The notes under the pieces: model-generated
Told to the model about the DNA's origin: nothing
What the model saw: the letters and a program-made list of their open reading frames with translations, nothing else
The model's database searches: none
Origin: Lama glama
Taxonomy: Eukaryota
Length of the DNA stretch: 64,000 nt
Assembly (NCBI GenBank): GCA_028534125.1
Contig: CM052816.1
Location: forward strand, 23,686,001-23,750,000
Reading direction: 5' to 3'
Part shown: positions 37,640-51,377 of the stretch, in pieces
How the letters are laid out: the number at the start of each line of letters is the position of its first letter
How positions within the stretch are numbered: the stretch's first letter is position 1
Position numbers and translations under genes: made by a program

Positions 37640-38250
37640 TAAACCCATGTCAACAGATTCACTGGCAATTCCTTTTGACTGGGTGATTGAGGATGAAAAA
37701 CTAGTTTGGTTTTCAGGCTTTTCTCAAACAACTAGTAAAATCTTTTATTGAAGTACAGTCCTGCTTATTTGTGGCCCTGAAAGACAGTGTAAAAAGACAA
37801 TCCTTTCAATGAGTAGTCTTTTGAATCACACCTCTTTTTATCTGTTGTTTTTTTTTTTAATAACATAAGTAGAGTTTCTATACTGATTCACAGACGCTGG
37901 CCAACAGTCTGCCCAAATGGCGCCCTCAGAAATAGACCAGAACTAATAATATTTACGTCCCATATGACTGTTCACCAGGTCACCCCTGTTCAAAGGGTGT
38001 TTAGAGAAACAACAATAACACATATAAAGGGTTGTGAAGAGAAGACATAAATTGCTGGCAAAGCTTTATGACTAACTGCAGAAACAAGGAAGATATATAA
38101 TCCAGAGATTCCAGACTTGAAGCTGAACGCACTAAATGGCTCTCATTCGGTTAGTCTGCACTACGGTGCTGAGGGCACTTTTTGTTTGAGACAGACTCAT
38201 TATGGCAATGTATTTTTAAACGTTTACACGTGGAAGAAAATGTTTGTGTG
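37640..38250 (+). mobile_element. ERVL pol (RNase H region) relic
   Basis: ccctgaaagacagtgtaaaaagacaatcctttcaatgagtag and tatactgattcacagacgctggccaacagtctg resemble ERVL LKDSGEGKSSQWAE and YTDSWAVANGL. Confidence 0.6.
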
Positions 38251-40599
38251 TGTATACTGGTAGTCTACTGAAAAAACGTCTGCTATTTTTTCTATATTGA
38301 GCGACTTCTGCAATTTTATAGTTAATAAAAAACCTACTTTGGGAAACAATCTCCCATTCAAAGTAGTCACTAAAGTGTAGGAATAACCTAATCCATGCCA
38401 ATTAGATATCCCTTCTTGGAGTTTGTATCTGATGCAGAGTTAGACAAGAATGAGGCAGACTAGCACGCCAACCCAAATAAAAAGATGGTCCTGGATCACT
38501 GGCTACTGGGCTCGCCAGCAGCCCTCACTGTCACTCTCTCAGACTGCTTGTTTGGCACATTCTTTGGTGAAATAACTGATATAATATTTTGTTTTCTAAT
38601 AGTTATTTGTTTTTGCTGAAGTGGTCAGAACTGAATTATTTTCTTGGAATCAGGTACAATAGGCATAATCTTGTCAATATACAGAAGCAGATTACAAATT
38701 TTTTATTATTAGCTGTGCTCTAATGAATGAGGTCTTATGTGAAATCCAAATGCATCTCCTCCTTCAGTGGCCTTACCTTATTCCTGAAAACAATGCACCT
38801 AAGAGAAAAATTGTTAAATATAAAAATGTGGACTATGTCCACGCCAATCAAATATGTCTGACATTTTTCTCAGACAGATAATATATCAACCAAATAATAG
38901 CAACATATTTATGAAGAATAATCAATTTAAAAGTGTATAAATGCTGTTTGTACATATAATGTAATGTAATGAAGTTTTTTTATGTTCCCAAAGGAGGAAG
39001 ATTTATGATGGCAGGAGGAGGGGTGAAAAACCATTCTTTCAAAGGTAAAATCTGTTGTTTGAATGTTGGGCAGACATTCAATATCAGAATCATATGAACT
39101 TGACAATTCTCTTTCTCTTGAGACTTTAACCCTAAAATAACTACCTGATATGAAAGGCTTTGACATAAATAGAAAAGACTGGAATCTTTCAGTAGAAAAA
39201 TACGTGCTTCAAAACATAAGGAAACAGTATACATACACAAGAATGAAGAGTAACAGAAGAGGACAACTCTTTCTTCCTCTTCCTTGGCATCCATAGGCAA
39301 AGCAAAATAATTAGGGGTCATCCAACAGTAGCATGCATTTCAAATTTGTTCCAAGTAATATTCTTTGAAAAGGAACTACTGTATAAAGTAAATGTGTAAG
39401 TGTGCCTTTGTTTGAAACAGTAATGTTGAAATATAACTTTGCATAGTATGTTTATTTAGTGGATTTTAGGGGGAAAAGTCATTACACTGGAAAAAACAAG
39501 GAGCCGTCTAAAAAGTGGTGTAAGTTTTCAAGAGCTATTATGGGAAAAAGAATCTTCAGGGGAAAAAGTGATGTGTAAAGCTAGACTGCGTACAAAACCA
39601 GTAAGAGCCAAACTGGGAAGGTGGTAGTGAGCTCTGACCCTTTCTCTCTCTCCTCTCAGTTGCCACCCCAGGCAACCACTGACAAAGTTTTGACCAGCTT
39701 ATCTTCTCAGCCATATAAGTTGTAAATTCTTTTTCCAATTCCCATCATCCACCATCTGAACTCCCCCGCTTGCTGATTCATGAACACGCTGTGAACTTCC
39801 AAGCACTTGTTTATGCTCCCCACTTTCAGAAATATCTTCACTTTCTCTTCAGAGTTTAAGAAAATCCTATTTTTGAATTCCCAGTTTCAATGTCACCATC
39901 CCTAAGCCCCACCTAAAGCAAAAATAAATACTCTGTCATGTATATTCTCACAGCATATGATTATACTTCCATTCCAGCACTTACCAGATTTCATTATAAT
40001 CATTTATGTGGCTAATTCCTTTGTAAGTTTTCAGAGACAGGAATTCTGCCTTATTTGTTTCTGTTTGCCCTGTGTCTAGCACAGTGTCTTGTTCATAAGA
40101 AAGATGATCAGTAAATATCCTTGCTAAATAGAATCAAGGGAGAAGAGTTTTAAGAAATATTTGGTGGTTGTAGTGAAAGGTGAATAGAATCGAAGGTCCA
40201 AGTGGTGCTAAAGTTCATGTTTTGAGGATGCTTTCTACTCAAACTTGTAACAATTAAGATTAAATAGAAAAGAAAATTTTTAAAGATAACCATGCTTAAG
40301 AAATATAATAGAACCAAAATAAAACAAAACAAACTTTGATGTGGCAAGTATAGCTGAAAGCACAGACCTCCTAGTCTTCAAACCATCAGCAAATACACAT
40401 AACTAGTTTAGATCAAGCAAATATCTCCTCTCCACATGAGGACAGAGACTGGAGCCTGAAACACTCATTTAGTGCTGGTGTGAATAGAAACTGGTGTAAT
40501 AACTCAAAAAATAGTAAAATGCTCATACTTTGTAATCCAACAATTTCATTTATGTGTATATATCCTAGAAAACCTTGCACATGTACACAGAGATTTTTC

Positions 40600-40830
40600 C
40601 AAGGCAGTTAAATGTACGGGCTCAGAATCCACACTTCTGGGTTCAAATTATGCTCTGTTGCCTTCAGTTATGTACCTTAGACAATACGTAACCTCTCCCT
40701 GCCTGGATTTCCTGATCTCAAAAATGGAAATAATAAAAATACCCACCTCTTGGGGATTCCTGTGAGGATAATAATGTGTTAAACATTTGTATAACTCTTA
40801 GAATAATGCCTAGCACGCAGTTAGGACGCA
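40600..40830 (+). mobile_element. MIR SINE
   Basis: ctgggttcaaattatgctctg...tttcctgatctcaaaaatggaaataataaaaatacccacctc...tagaataatgcctagcacgcag. Confidence 0.85.
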
Positions 40831-40868
40831 AATTTTAACCAAAATCATCGTTACGGCAGCTTTGGTTC

Positions 40869-41269
40869 TGTTAAAAAAAAAAAAAAAAAGAAAATAGACA
40901 ACAGGCCCAAATGACCTGTTGTTAACCAGAGAACAATTCACTAAGCCACACGCCACCAAACTAAGACTTACAGTTTCAGCTCTTCCAGAAACAGAATCGG
41001 AAAGCAGTCAGTCAGGAAAGGCCGATCAGCACTGGGTAGGCAAGCTGCCTGACAGACCCTGTCATTCCCCGAAGGAAGTTAACGATGCGATAACCAACCT
41101 GCTTCTCTGCCTCATGCAACTTCCATTTCTTGCTTCCTTCTGCCTGTGAAACTCCGCACCTCTCGGTAGAGCTCCTTTTATATCTGTTAGACTGGCTGTT
41201 TCTAGATTCAAAACGATTTTTGTTCAAGTAAACTCTCAAAACTTTCCGTGTATCTCAGTCTATCTTTCA
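40869..41269 (+). mobile_element. ERV (probably ERV1-class) 5' LTR
   Basis: TG...CA termini (tgttaaaa...tatctttca). Followed by a degenerate PBS gtcagaagaggga (41280-41292) versus tRNA-Leu PBS tggtgtcagaagtgggat. Confidence 0.75.
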
Positions 41270-41470
41270 CCCGTCCCGGGTCAGAAGAGGGAGGCGACGG
41301 AGACCCCGCGGCGCAGAGCACAGAGCGACCAGGCCCGGGTACCCGGGGCCCGCTGAGCGCGCCGCCCGCCGCCGGCTCGGAGGCCGCGCGGCCGCCGCGC
41401 GGAGCCCAGCCTCGCAGAGCTGCGTTCGGAGCTTCCGGACTCGGAGTAGTTCCTTTTCAGACGACGTCTG
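41270..41470. promoter_or_regulatory. Small CpG island in ERV leader
   Basis: About 30 CpG in ~200 bp by hand count, in an otherwise CpG-poor window. Regulatory function is inferred, not shown. Confidence 0.7.
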
Positions 41471-41486
41471 GGACTGGCTTGAGTCC

Positions 41487-41660
41487 GACTGCTTCTGACT
41501 TAGAAACTGGACTGGGTCCAGCCTGGAAACCAGGCCGAGTCCGTTGATCGACTGGGTCCGACTTGGAAACCGGACCGGGTTCTGGGTTGGACCGGGTCTG
41601 GTTGGGAAGCCAGACTAGGTCCGGGGACAAACTGGATCCAACTTAAGCTGAATTGGGGCC
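41487..41660 (+). repeat. Degenerate tandem repeat with 40-bp (23+17) period, core gactgggtcc
   Basis: Core variants start at 41487, 41510, 41533, 41550, 41573, 41590, 41613, 41630 and 41651. Confidence 0.85.
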
Positions 41661-42129
41661 AGCCAGTGCGAAGGCTCAGGTGAATAAAACTTCGTTTTTA
41701 GGCTGAGCAAGCAGGCTAACGTTACCGAAGATAATCTTGAATTATAGTTGCCGCAGTGGAGAACTTTTAGCCTAGACAAGCTTATCCATTTACGTGGTGC
41801 CCTAGAGAAAAAGGGGTCTAGCCATGCACTCACCATGAAGTGTGGAGAGGAAATTATTTTTCCTCCTCTTCAGCTTCTGGTGACCAGGATGAGGCCCACT
41901 GGGACACTCCACTCACTGCAGAGCCTGCAGATGGGATCCTGGGAAAACTGGTGGAAGCTGGGCAAAGGTGAAAATTCTAATCAAAGACAGCTTTTCCAGA
42001 TCTCTGTCTGTGGTGCCTAGTCAAAAGAGGAAGGTGAATTTTAACACCGTCCCTTCCTTTCAGATTTGCAGGTGAAAAAACATTTGTAAGAATTAGGTCT
42101 TTGAATTGTGACTTGTGAATTTGCTGTTG

Positions 42130-42720
42130 GGTTCTCATTAACTGTCCATCTCCACGTTGTCTAATCACCAAACATTTTGGCGTTTTCCAGCTAATATTTT
42201 TGTTTCGGAATTTTAATATAATTCTATTGCAGTCTGAGAACAAACGTGGAATAGTTTCTATTCTTTTAAATTTCTTCACCTTGAAAACAGGGTAGGATTC
42301 CTGGAGGTAAAAAGCACAAAAGCGTGGGGACCCCCGCTCAAGACTGGACCCTCACGAGTTTCTCTCTCTCAAACTAGTTCATACTCAGCCTCTACCAATT
42401 CATTAAAAGGTTCCATGCCCGTTCGGGAAAAACGTGACTTGTGCTCTTGTTAAGTAATGTATTCCATAAAGGTCAGTTAGATCAACATGAATTACCACGT
42501 AAGTGTTCCTTGCAGTTCATGACTCCAGTGGTGTCTGCTCTGGCAAGCTGTTTGTGACTGTGACTTTCTGTTCACCTTGTCTCTCCGGATTTTGCAGTGG
42601 CAGTTTGCCCTTTGACCTCAACATTCTGATGAGTCTGTCATTGGTTTTCAAATTGTTCAGCCTTTTTCTTTGAGGATGGGAGTACTAGCTTCCAAGCTCT
42701 TTCTATGTGAGAGCTAAAAT
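42130..42720 (-). mobile_element. L1 fragments (ORF2 piece and L1M 5' end) in reverse orientation
   Basis: Minus-strand KFKRIETIPRLFSDCNRIILKF (endonuclease end), plus ggattcctggaggtaaaa...cttccaagctctttctatgt typical of reversed L1M 5' ends. Confidence 0.7.
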
Positions 42721-45224
42721 GTATTGTCTCTAAGTGCTTTTTAAAGCCAAGTCAATTACTTTGAGGTGAAGTCACCTGTGACTCAGATTAGGCGGACTGT
42801 CTTCTATTTTCTCTGGATACGATAGGCTTGTACAAATGATGGGGTAAAATGAGGCCTTGAGTCCCTCAGTCAGGAGGACCTGGCGGAGTTGTTTTTTTCA
42901 TCTGGATTAAGTAAGAAAAATTGGTGAAGATGAAAATAGGGGATAATTGTTTAGGGACAAGAGTCCCCACAGGTGGGTCTAAGGAGATACTTCACAGAAA
43001 GTGTAATGATATCTGAATAAAATTAGTACATTTATGAAGACATGGTTGTTATCTTCCAGAGACTATGATCTCTCAAAGAAATACACTTTCTTGCCCTTGA
43101 AGAGATGGACAAGTAATCGAAACTGCCCAGGTGCAGCTGCCTCATGTTCTAAAGACTTTCCTAAGGGAAATTGACACCTTGGAAAACAGATGAAATGGGT
43201 CTCTTCGTCTCCTGAGTAGCTGTCCTTAATCTCCTGTCCCATCCTACTTCTTCATGATCATAATGAGAAAATGGGACATGAGGGAACCTCAAGCACACTA
43301 ATAAGATTTCCACGTGAGCTTGCTGGTTTGGAAAATTAGCAACCCAGAAGGACGTAGGAATAGGAGTTCGACTAGATTGGGACCATACTCTGCATCCCGT
43401 CCCACTCTTTAGATCAGCTCCCAAACTATGCTGTCTATGGCTCCCCGCTCCTCACAGCTCCTCCCCCAAATTCTGAGTTTACAGATAACAGAGATGGTGG
43501 CTTTTTAAACTCACATCTCCTCACAGAAGGAGAGACTAAGTAAGGGACAATGTCAGAAACACTCTCCCAGGACTCATATGAGGCATCTGCTAAACAAGAA
43601 CCAGATGGGTGAGTGTCAGTTAGTCTCACGACAATTTTAACAAATAATACCGTACTGGATCTACTGAACCTCACCAATCGTTGATAACATTAACAGGTGG
43701 AAACAGAAGGGGAGAAAAGGAATGCGAAGTTGTACACCATCACTCAAAAATTAGAACACCCAGGTACTCAGTATGTCTTATGCAATAAAAAATAACAGAA
43801 TAACACATTTTCTTGGGACTGAAATGTAACAACCAATTTAAAAACAGCTTTTACATAAAAAAAAAACCCCAAGAACTCCTACCACATTAACCACACATAT
43901 GTATTGTAGAATGCCTGCTAGCATAAAAAAAGTTAAAATGTTTAAATCTGAGCATCTTATGTTTGTGGAAACACAATATTTTATGGTCTCTACTAAGTTA
44001 CATCATTCTGAAATAAAATAAAACATAACAATGAGGGTCTCGACTTCCTTTGATGTAAGTGGAACAGTTTAATGAAACTGAATAAGATTTATACAAACGA
44101 AATTTTGACTTATCCATTGCCCCAACATTAATAATTCATTAAAAAGTTCTTTGAAAATAACTCATAACACTGCAAATGAAAGATGATCGATGCTTCTAGA
44201 GATGAGCTCATTGAACACTAACAGGTATGAAGGGAGCAAATATAAGGGTTACCAGGAGAACACGGTTAGTGACATCGTCTGGTCAGTCAGTCTCAGGAAC
44301 AATGCACTCTGAACGTACTTGAAAAATTACTCCTAGACAAAGATATATGAAATAGTTATGGTTCACAGGGAAAAGAGTAAAGACATTTGTCGATTGTACA
44401 TGTTCAGCTAGGTTGATTTATTGCTTTATAAAGCACTTGACACATATACAACAGGAGAATGAATTCTTAAGTGTTTAGATCAGTTTTTTAACACACTATC
44501 AAATAAACTGGCAAAAATATAGAGACATCTGTATTGATGATGAAAAAGCAACGGCAGGAAGAAATACAAGGGGAGTGGAAAAGCTGTTGCCAAAGTATGT
44601 TCCGACTCATGGTGTTTCACAGACAAGCCCTGGGCAGTTAAGAAAATGTAACATCATTGCAAATATCTATAAAGATAAACTGTCAGTATATTCAGATACA
44701 GTCTCCATGTTACAGAGTTTTCAGAGTGTAGGAAAATGACAGCAGGGGCAGTAAGGTCAGACTCTGTGACAAAGTCTTCATGAAGCCTCCACCTTGGTTG
44801 TCCACCTCAGAGGACAGTGAAATGGCTCCCTCCTGTAAGAGCACATAGTGAGTTTGCAAGGGTGCTGTTTTTCTGCAGGAGGGTGGTAGGTGGCTAGGTT
44901 CTTAGTGCACCTAGGAAAGGGAAAATAAGTCAGAAGTGAGAATAACTCCCTCCTATTTTTAAGAAAAACACTGCTGGCTAAATATCTCTCAAATTTGAGT
45001 AACCAAATTTAACTGAATTTTGTTGACTAAACTTCATGTGGCACCTGCCTTAAATTTAAACTCATCAAGCTCTTCATTAAACACACTCACACACCCTTAA
45101 GTCTACGAAGCACTCACTGATGGGTAACATTGATTTTTACCGACATTTTCATGGGGAGATAAGAGTAGTGGTTTAAATCCCACATCATATAGAAAAACTT
45201 GCTAAGCATCCTCTCAAAGACCAG

Positions 45225-45693
45225 TGCCGAATACCTTCCATTTCCCCTTCAGACCCTACCTCCACATTTCACCACCCTGTTCTGTGCCTTAGAAAGCTGG
45301 CCTATGTTGACTACATCATTGGGCTTCCTTGACCTGTGGTCAATGGTGAGTTCCAGCAAGAAGTAGGAGCAGAGTCAAAGACTGAGCTCCCCGGTCTGGG
45401 TGTTGCATTTATCCCACGTCGTCGCAAGACTGAAGGCTTTACACCTTGTTAGGCAGCCCTTTTATCACAGTGCTTGCAGCCTCCAGGTTCTGATAACTGG
45501 TACTTCTCTTCAGATCTGGGAGTGATAATAATGCCTTTTTAAAATAACTACTGCAGGGATTCTGCACTGTTCCTTATGGTTTTCCTACATACTGCAGACA
45601 TCTTAATCCATAGTCCCTTTATTAAACTCCATTAAATTACCCTAATTTGAATGTGGCATCTGTTTTCTGCCAGGACCACTGACCAATCCGATA
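45225..45693 (+). mobile_element. LTR33-like (ERVL) solo LTR
   Basis: ttccatttccccttcagaccctacctccac...tagtccctttattaaactcc...aatttgaatgtggcatctgttttctgccaggacc. Confidence 0.8.
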
Positions 45694-45811
45694 TCCCTCT
45701 TTCCCCCAAAGCTCTACTGTCTAAGGTATGTGTCATGTGTCTTTCTCCGCTTCTCTCATTCCTCCCTGATGTATCTTCATCCAGACGGTGTTTCATATGC
45801 TGATCCCAATT

Positions 45812-45829
45812 TGCACATGCGTGCGTGTG

Positions 45830-45855
<26 letters not shown>
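45812..45855. repeat. (CA)n microsatellite with alternating purine-pyrimidine lead-in
   Basis: tgcacatgcgtgcgtgtgcacacacacacacacacacacacaca read directly. Confidence 0.95.
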
Positions 45856-45860
<5 letters not shown>

Positions 45861-48800
45861 CTCATCTAGAAGTTTTAGCAAAATGAAATCTGATTATTAG
45901 CTTAAAGTACAATTATTGTCTCTCCCTCAAAATCTGTTCTGGGAAGAGCCAATGTATTTTACTACAGTTTACTGCTGGTTACGGAAACCGCAACATTTCC
46001 TTGTGGTGCCTAGAGTCTCCCACTCATGGGCCACTCACCCACCAATCCTCCTAGCGCTCTTACAGGGTGGAGTGTAGGGCCATTTCTAAATCTCTCCTTA
46101 TGCTGCTGTCCGGGTCTGCCTGAGTTCACCAAAGCATTTAGAAAAATAAAGCCGATAAAGTACTGTACCTGCAACGCAGACACGTTCAATAGCATCGGAT
46201 TCAGGAGGAGGAGGAGAGCAGAGCTTTGAGGTAGGCAGGTCCCCTGGCCCACCTCTACCTGAAGCTCCAGGGCCTTTCCACTGTTTCCAGCTCACATCTA
46301 TAAGCAGCACCAAGGGAACACCTTCCTCCAGACTTCTGATTCCTGTAAATGCAGAAGACTTCTGCACTCTGCCATAATATGTATGTTACACCCCCACTCT
46401 AACTTCTTGAAATGATAGAGCATTTCAAACTCCCCAAGTCCAGAGAAGACTTCAGTTTGAGTGTGAGTATGTCCTATCCATATGAGGCTCTTCCAGAGGT
46501 ATCATTTTCTGCACATCAAGGGCTCAACAACAGCAAATCAGGGGTGTGGTCTCTGGCAGGGGCCATGGACAGGCTGTGAGGAGCCAGCCAGTCCAAGTCT
46601 GGGCCAGCGTCTTGCTCCTCGTGAGGTTCAGATGCTGAGTTGTACTGCTAGGGACTCCCAGCTTCCCTGAGTCAGCCAGGCAGCCACTCACAGAGTTGCA
46701 TGGAATGGCCAGGTCTACCTGGGGTTTATAAGCAACCTTTAGAAACCAGCTGCCCCCACACTAGCCTGATCTACCTGATTCCAAGTTTTAAAACTGTGTG
46801 GCCCAACACGTTTTTACAAGGCTTGCTGACAGTGCCTCTCAAGTCTCAACATATGTGCAGAGCAAATCTCTGTTTTCTGTTGACGAGCTCTCACAAACTA
46901 AACAACAGAATCAAGTCTCTTTCCCAGCCCTTGCTACATTATCTTTAGACATTATAGTACATGCACAGACCTTATGCAGGTCCTAAAACAGGACACTGTA
47001 AACTTCCATTCAGTTCTCCTCTTCCAAGGCTCCACATCTACGTGTCCCTGGAATGTTTTAACCCTGATCTGAGTCATCTGCCCTCCCTGAAGCTATACTC
47101 CTAGGAAACTAAAGAGGATTCTATTCATGGTTCCAAGGCTAGCCTGAGGGTTTTCCCCATAGCAGGATGTTTTAACAGAGGATGCCTGGTCTAAGTTGCC
47201 TTTAAATATTGATGAATGAATGAATGGTTATTAGGAAATCTCCATATCTTTTCACTGGAGAACTCCTGGAATGCAAGTCTTCAAAACTAAATTCAGAGAC
47301 CCGGGTTCTCTTCCAGCCACTTACTAGCCAAGTGATATCCAACCAGTCTCTTAGCATGTCTGAGCCTTAGTTTACTCTTCAGAAGAGGAGCGCACTGGAC
47401 TAAATCATGGAAGATAAACACGCTTCATCACCGCTGCCATTTCTGTGGCTAGCCACAGCTAACTATAGTGCTGTGCTGAGAAGGACTCACAGTCAGGTTC
47501 AGGCTCTGTGGGAAAGAAGGCTGTGCGAGGGGAAGGGCCAGCCCTCACCTGTGTATTTGCCTCTCCTGGATTAGACGATTTCTGAATCCCCTCTTCAAAG
47601 CAGAATAATGAGGGACATTAAAAATGTCTTCCATGCCTGACGGGGTGCTGCTGGTCTGCTGGTAGATGGGCCTATTGGCTGGTAAGCCTTTTCGGATGAA
47701 CTTGGAGAATACAGAAACACCAGTCAGGATTCCAGGCAACACAGTGACTGCTACATTAGTCGCCACGTAATTCCTCCTGGGAGGTCTATACCCCTGTTAA
47801 TATCCGTGAAGTGTAATCGTATCAATTCTCCAAAGGTAACTACATCATTTGCCATGTTAGAAATGGATATGATTTTTTTCAATAAACTATTCCCCTCAAT
47901 CACTCTTTAAAAACACCAGCTACACTTTCACACTTTGAAATATGGGGACCGATATCCGCAAAAGAATTATGTGTAGGTTTTACATACAGTTTGTTCTTTT
48001 ATATTTACCGTAAAATCCTAAGCCCAAAGTGACTACTTCTTAATTTTGGTCTTTTTATTTTTTTCTGTTAGTAAAGCATAAGTACGATATGCGAAGTATT
48101 TTACCCTAGGCTGTGAAGGGGAAGGGTGTAACTAACATTTCCTTTTCAGTCTGAACATTTACAGGAATGCACTAGCACATCTGTATGGAATTAGCAGAGC
48201 TGCTTCTATAGATCCATGTGACTCACCAGTTCTAGTTTCTGTGCTTCTGAGATCAACCATTTTCCCCCTTTAATGAAAATATGACTTGTCTACATTACGG
48301 GTAACATAATTAAACTAGGATAATACAAACTTGTTTAAATATAAACTCTAAACCATCAAGCTGCTTCGTATGTTTGCATTCACTTGTAAAATATGATCTC
48401 CTGAGATATCTTTCATTGGGCTAAACACCAATACAAGCAAATGGATACCAAAAAATAAAGAGACAGCATTATGGGATTTCAAATTTGACAAATTAAGCGT
48501 TCCTGTGTCATAAAATGATTTCATCTTGGAATCTTCTTTTGCTATGTAATTTATGGACTCTACGTGATCCAAGCTTACATTTCACAAAAGTGTAAATATA
48601 TTTAAGACAGATTACACTTGCTTCATTAATCATACTATTAGACATTGAGTCCTAAACTGAACGTCTTTTTTATATGGCTCCACTGGGAAATCACTCATGG
48701 TGTTAATAAGGGCTTGTTTACTTCAATTTTTTACTTTTTTTTTTAAATTAGAGCTCCAGTTTATTAGAGCAACTTATTTGTCTGTATCAGCCATTGGAAA

Positions 48801-51377
48801 GACATACAACTTAGAAATCAGCAGCAGAATACAGTGCAGAGTATCAGAAGCCTTGAGAAACAATACTGAACTGTTCTGTTTTTTAATTCCAAGCCATTGG
48901 TCTGAAATGCCAAGCAAGCTCGCTTTCATCAGTTAAAAAATATGATTGTATAAACACACATATAAGAAGCAAACTATAAGCAAGTGCAAAGTAATTACAG
49001 TTCTGTGGAAGAGCTTTACGTCTAAGTCTTCAGAGTTAGAAAACATGTATTAGAGGAATCAGCCAGTAGAGAGAGTGCAGAATGGATATACTGAAGAATG
49101 CACTTTGTTAGAGGTAAAAGACAAGTTACATTCCAGGTAAAGGGACACATGCAGAAGGTTAGAGGTAATGGCATGAGTGTAAAGGTCCACACTAGTGAGC
49201 AACGATGATGGTGATAACTATGATTGGACGACGTCACGCAGGCGCAGAGAGAAATCTCGTTTGTTTCACGGAAGGAGAAAACCCAGGCCAAGGGCATTAT
49301 CACATATGAGATAGGGCGGTTGATATCTTGGAATATACGCTAAGAAGTCTGGATTTTATTTTAGAGGCTGTAAAGAGGAGGATATTGTATCTGAGCTGGG
49401 AGTGAGAAAGATGACTTGTTCAGTCTGGTTCTATATAAAAATATGTCCATATAAAGAGAGATTTACTATGGCATGCAAGTTGCCAAGAAGGCTAAGCAGT
49501 TTCTAGTTTGAGGGGAAAGTGAGTTTGAAACAAGGTGATAAAAATGGAGAGTTAAGAAACTGGAAATTCTGCAAAGCAAAATGTAGGCTGGAGAGAGAAA
49601 AAGCAGAGAAGCACTAAGGTTGTGACCCCAGGGGAATCAATAATGGTCTGTTTTTACATCAGTTCCGAGGTCATCATAAAAAATCATTACATGAAAAAAG
49701 GTCAAAATGTTTCAAGACCACTTTTTTGAATGAAAAAAATAATAAATCTAGTGTAACTTTAAAGGTAGTCAAATCTATGTTGTTCTTTTGAAGCACTAAG
49801 AGAACTAAACTTGTAAAATTCTTCAGTAAAACACTAAAAAGGTATCAATACAAATACAAGGAAAATTTTAGGAAAAGAATTTTACTTGCTTTAAATATTG
49901 AGAAAGGGATTTAAAGCAGACTTTGGAGAAGTAAATATCTTAAGAATGAACATCCTTTAACACAGTAGCTTAAATTTCCCTTCATGTGAGCAGGGAGCCA
50001 TTCTATATCTGAACAGGAAAATCTTATGTATAAAGGGCTTCCTCACCCAAGAATCTTAAATGTGCCATTGCAATTGGCTTCAAAAATCGACCCCATGAAT
50101 TGCCTAATATAGTTTAAAGATGGGAAATTTGAAGACTCTACTGTCATAAGAAACTTTCACTATTCCAGAGGGATGAAAGGAAGGAGACAGAAGTAAAAGA
50201 GAATGAAAGTGCGTAAAAGAAATTCCAAAAATCCATAATAAATTCAAAATTAAAAAAAATTAAACCTGTAAGTCTATGAGCAGCTTAATATCACTTGCAT
50301 CTATTTTAATTTTTCCTAGGGAAATACTCTTAACTGAATTGATTGAAAAATTCCTTTGGTTAATGGAAAAGAAAAGCAAAAACTCTCTATTCATTGTTCC
50401 TTTAAAGTAGGTAATACAGTTTTATTAACTATATTTACATGATTTCAGAAAAAAAAAAATCATTTTCCTGCATATTGTGCCAGCAGAATAGCCAAAAACT
50501 GTTTTGGAAAAGGTGTATGAAAGTAAAAAAAAAAAAATAGAAGTGAGTGTAGTATTTTAAGTTATTTGTAAGATAAAGTTTGCACTCTGTAAGTAAATTG
50601 GATGACTTAGAGAAAAATTTGCATTTTCAAGATGAATATTTTAGTAATACAAAAGTTAAAACTGTAATAAATGTATGCCAGTATTGTAGAAGATTAACGT
50701 ACCCCTAAAAATCTTACCCTTGTTTCTACCAAACAGAGGTTTTAAAAATAAAAATTCAATGGATAACTATTTAGAGAGTAATAACAATGACTAGATTTAA
50801 TGTAATGATTTAAATTATGGTTGGAAGGGTTATTACATATTAGGAAATCTCTTTACATAATATTTATCAAGTAGATAAAATTTAAAATATTATGTCTTTT
50901 AACTCACTGATTAAAGCTTATTTTAAAAGAACTCATTAAAAAATAGAAACACATCTTTAACATAATAACATAACAGCCAAATTTAATATTTAATGGTGAA
51001 AAAAAGCAGAAAAAAAGAGGTAACCTTATTAAACTTAATTTTACATCAGTATAATTAAATAAATGGCAAAATTTTGATAGCAGATATATATCATTCTAGT
51101 GATCACTACCATTTTAATAACATATGAAAGAAAAATTTTAAATGTATTTTTTTGAAGTAAAAGCACAGAATGATTTTTCGGCAATATCAACAGAAACTAA
51201 ATGTAAATTTTATCCCACAATGCCAGGATATTTTATAAGTAAATAGAATTTATAAAATTATTTACAAATAATTTAGAGTTAATTTGTTTAATAAACACAA
51301 ATTGATAATATTCAGACATATCAAAAAGAAAATATTCTTAGAAGTTGTTTTCATAAATAAAAACAAGACAACAATTA

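Noticed and set aside
41487..41660. Regularly spaced short repeats as a CRISPR-like array
   Set aside because: Mammalian context, 10-bp degenerate cores, spacers of only 7-13 nt that resemble each other, and no cas genes.
41931..41960. ATG GGA (MGSWEN) as an ERV gag start
   Set aside because: The frame closes at 42020 with no recognisable Gag motif, so it cannot be supported.
47690..47840. Open frame ending at an aag|gtaact donor-like site
   Set aside because: No convincing acceptor and the peptide is unrecognised.
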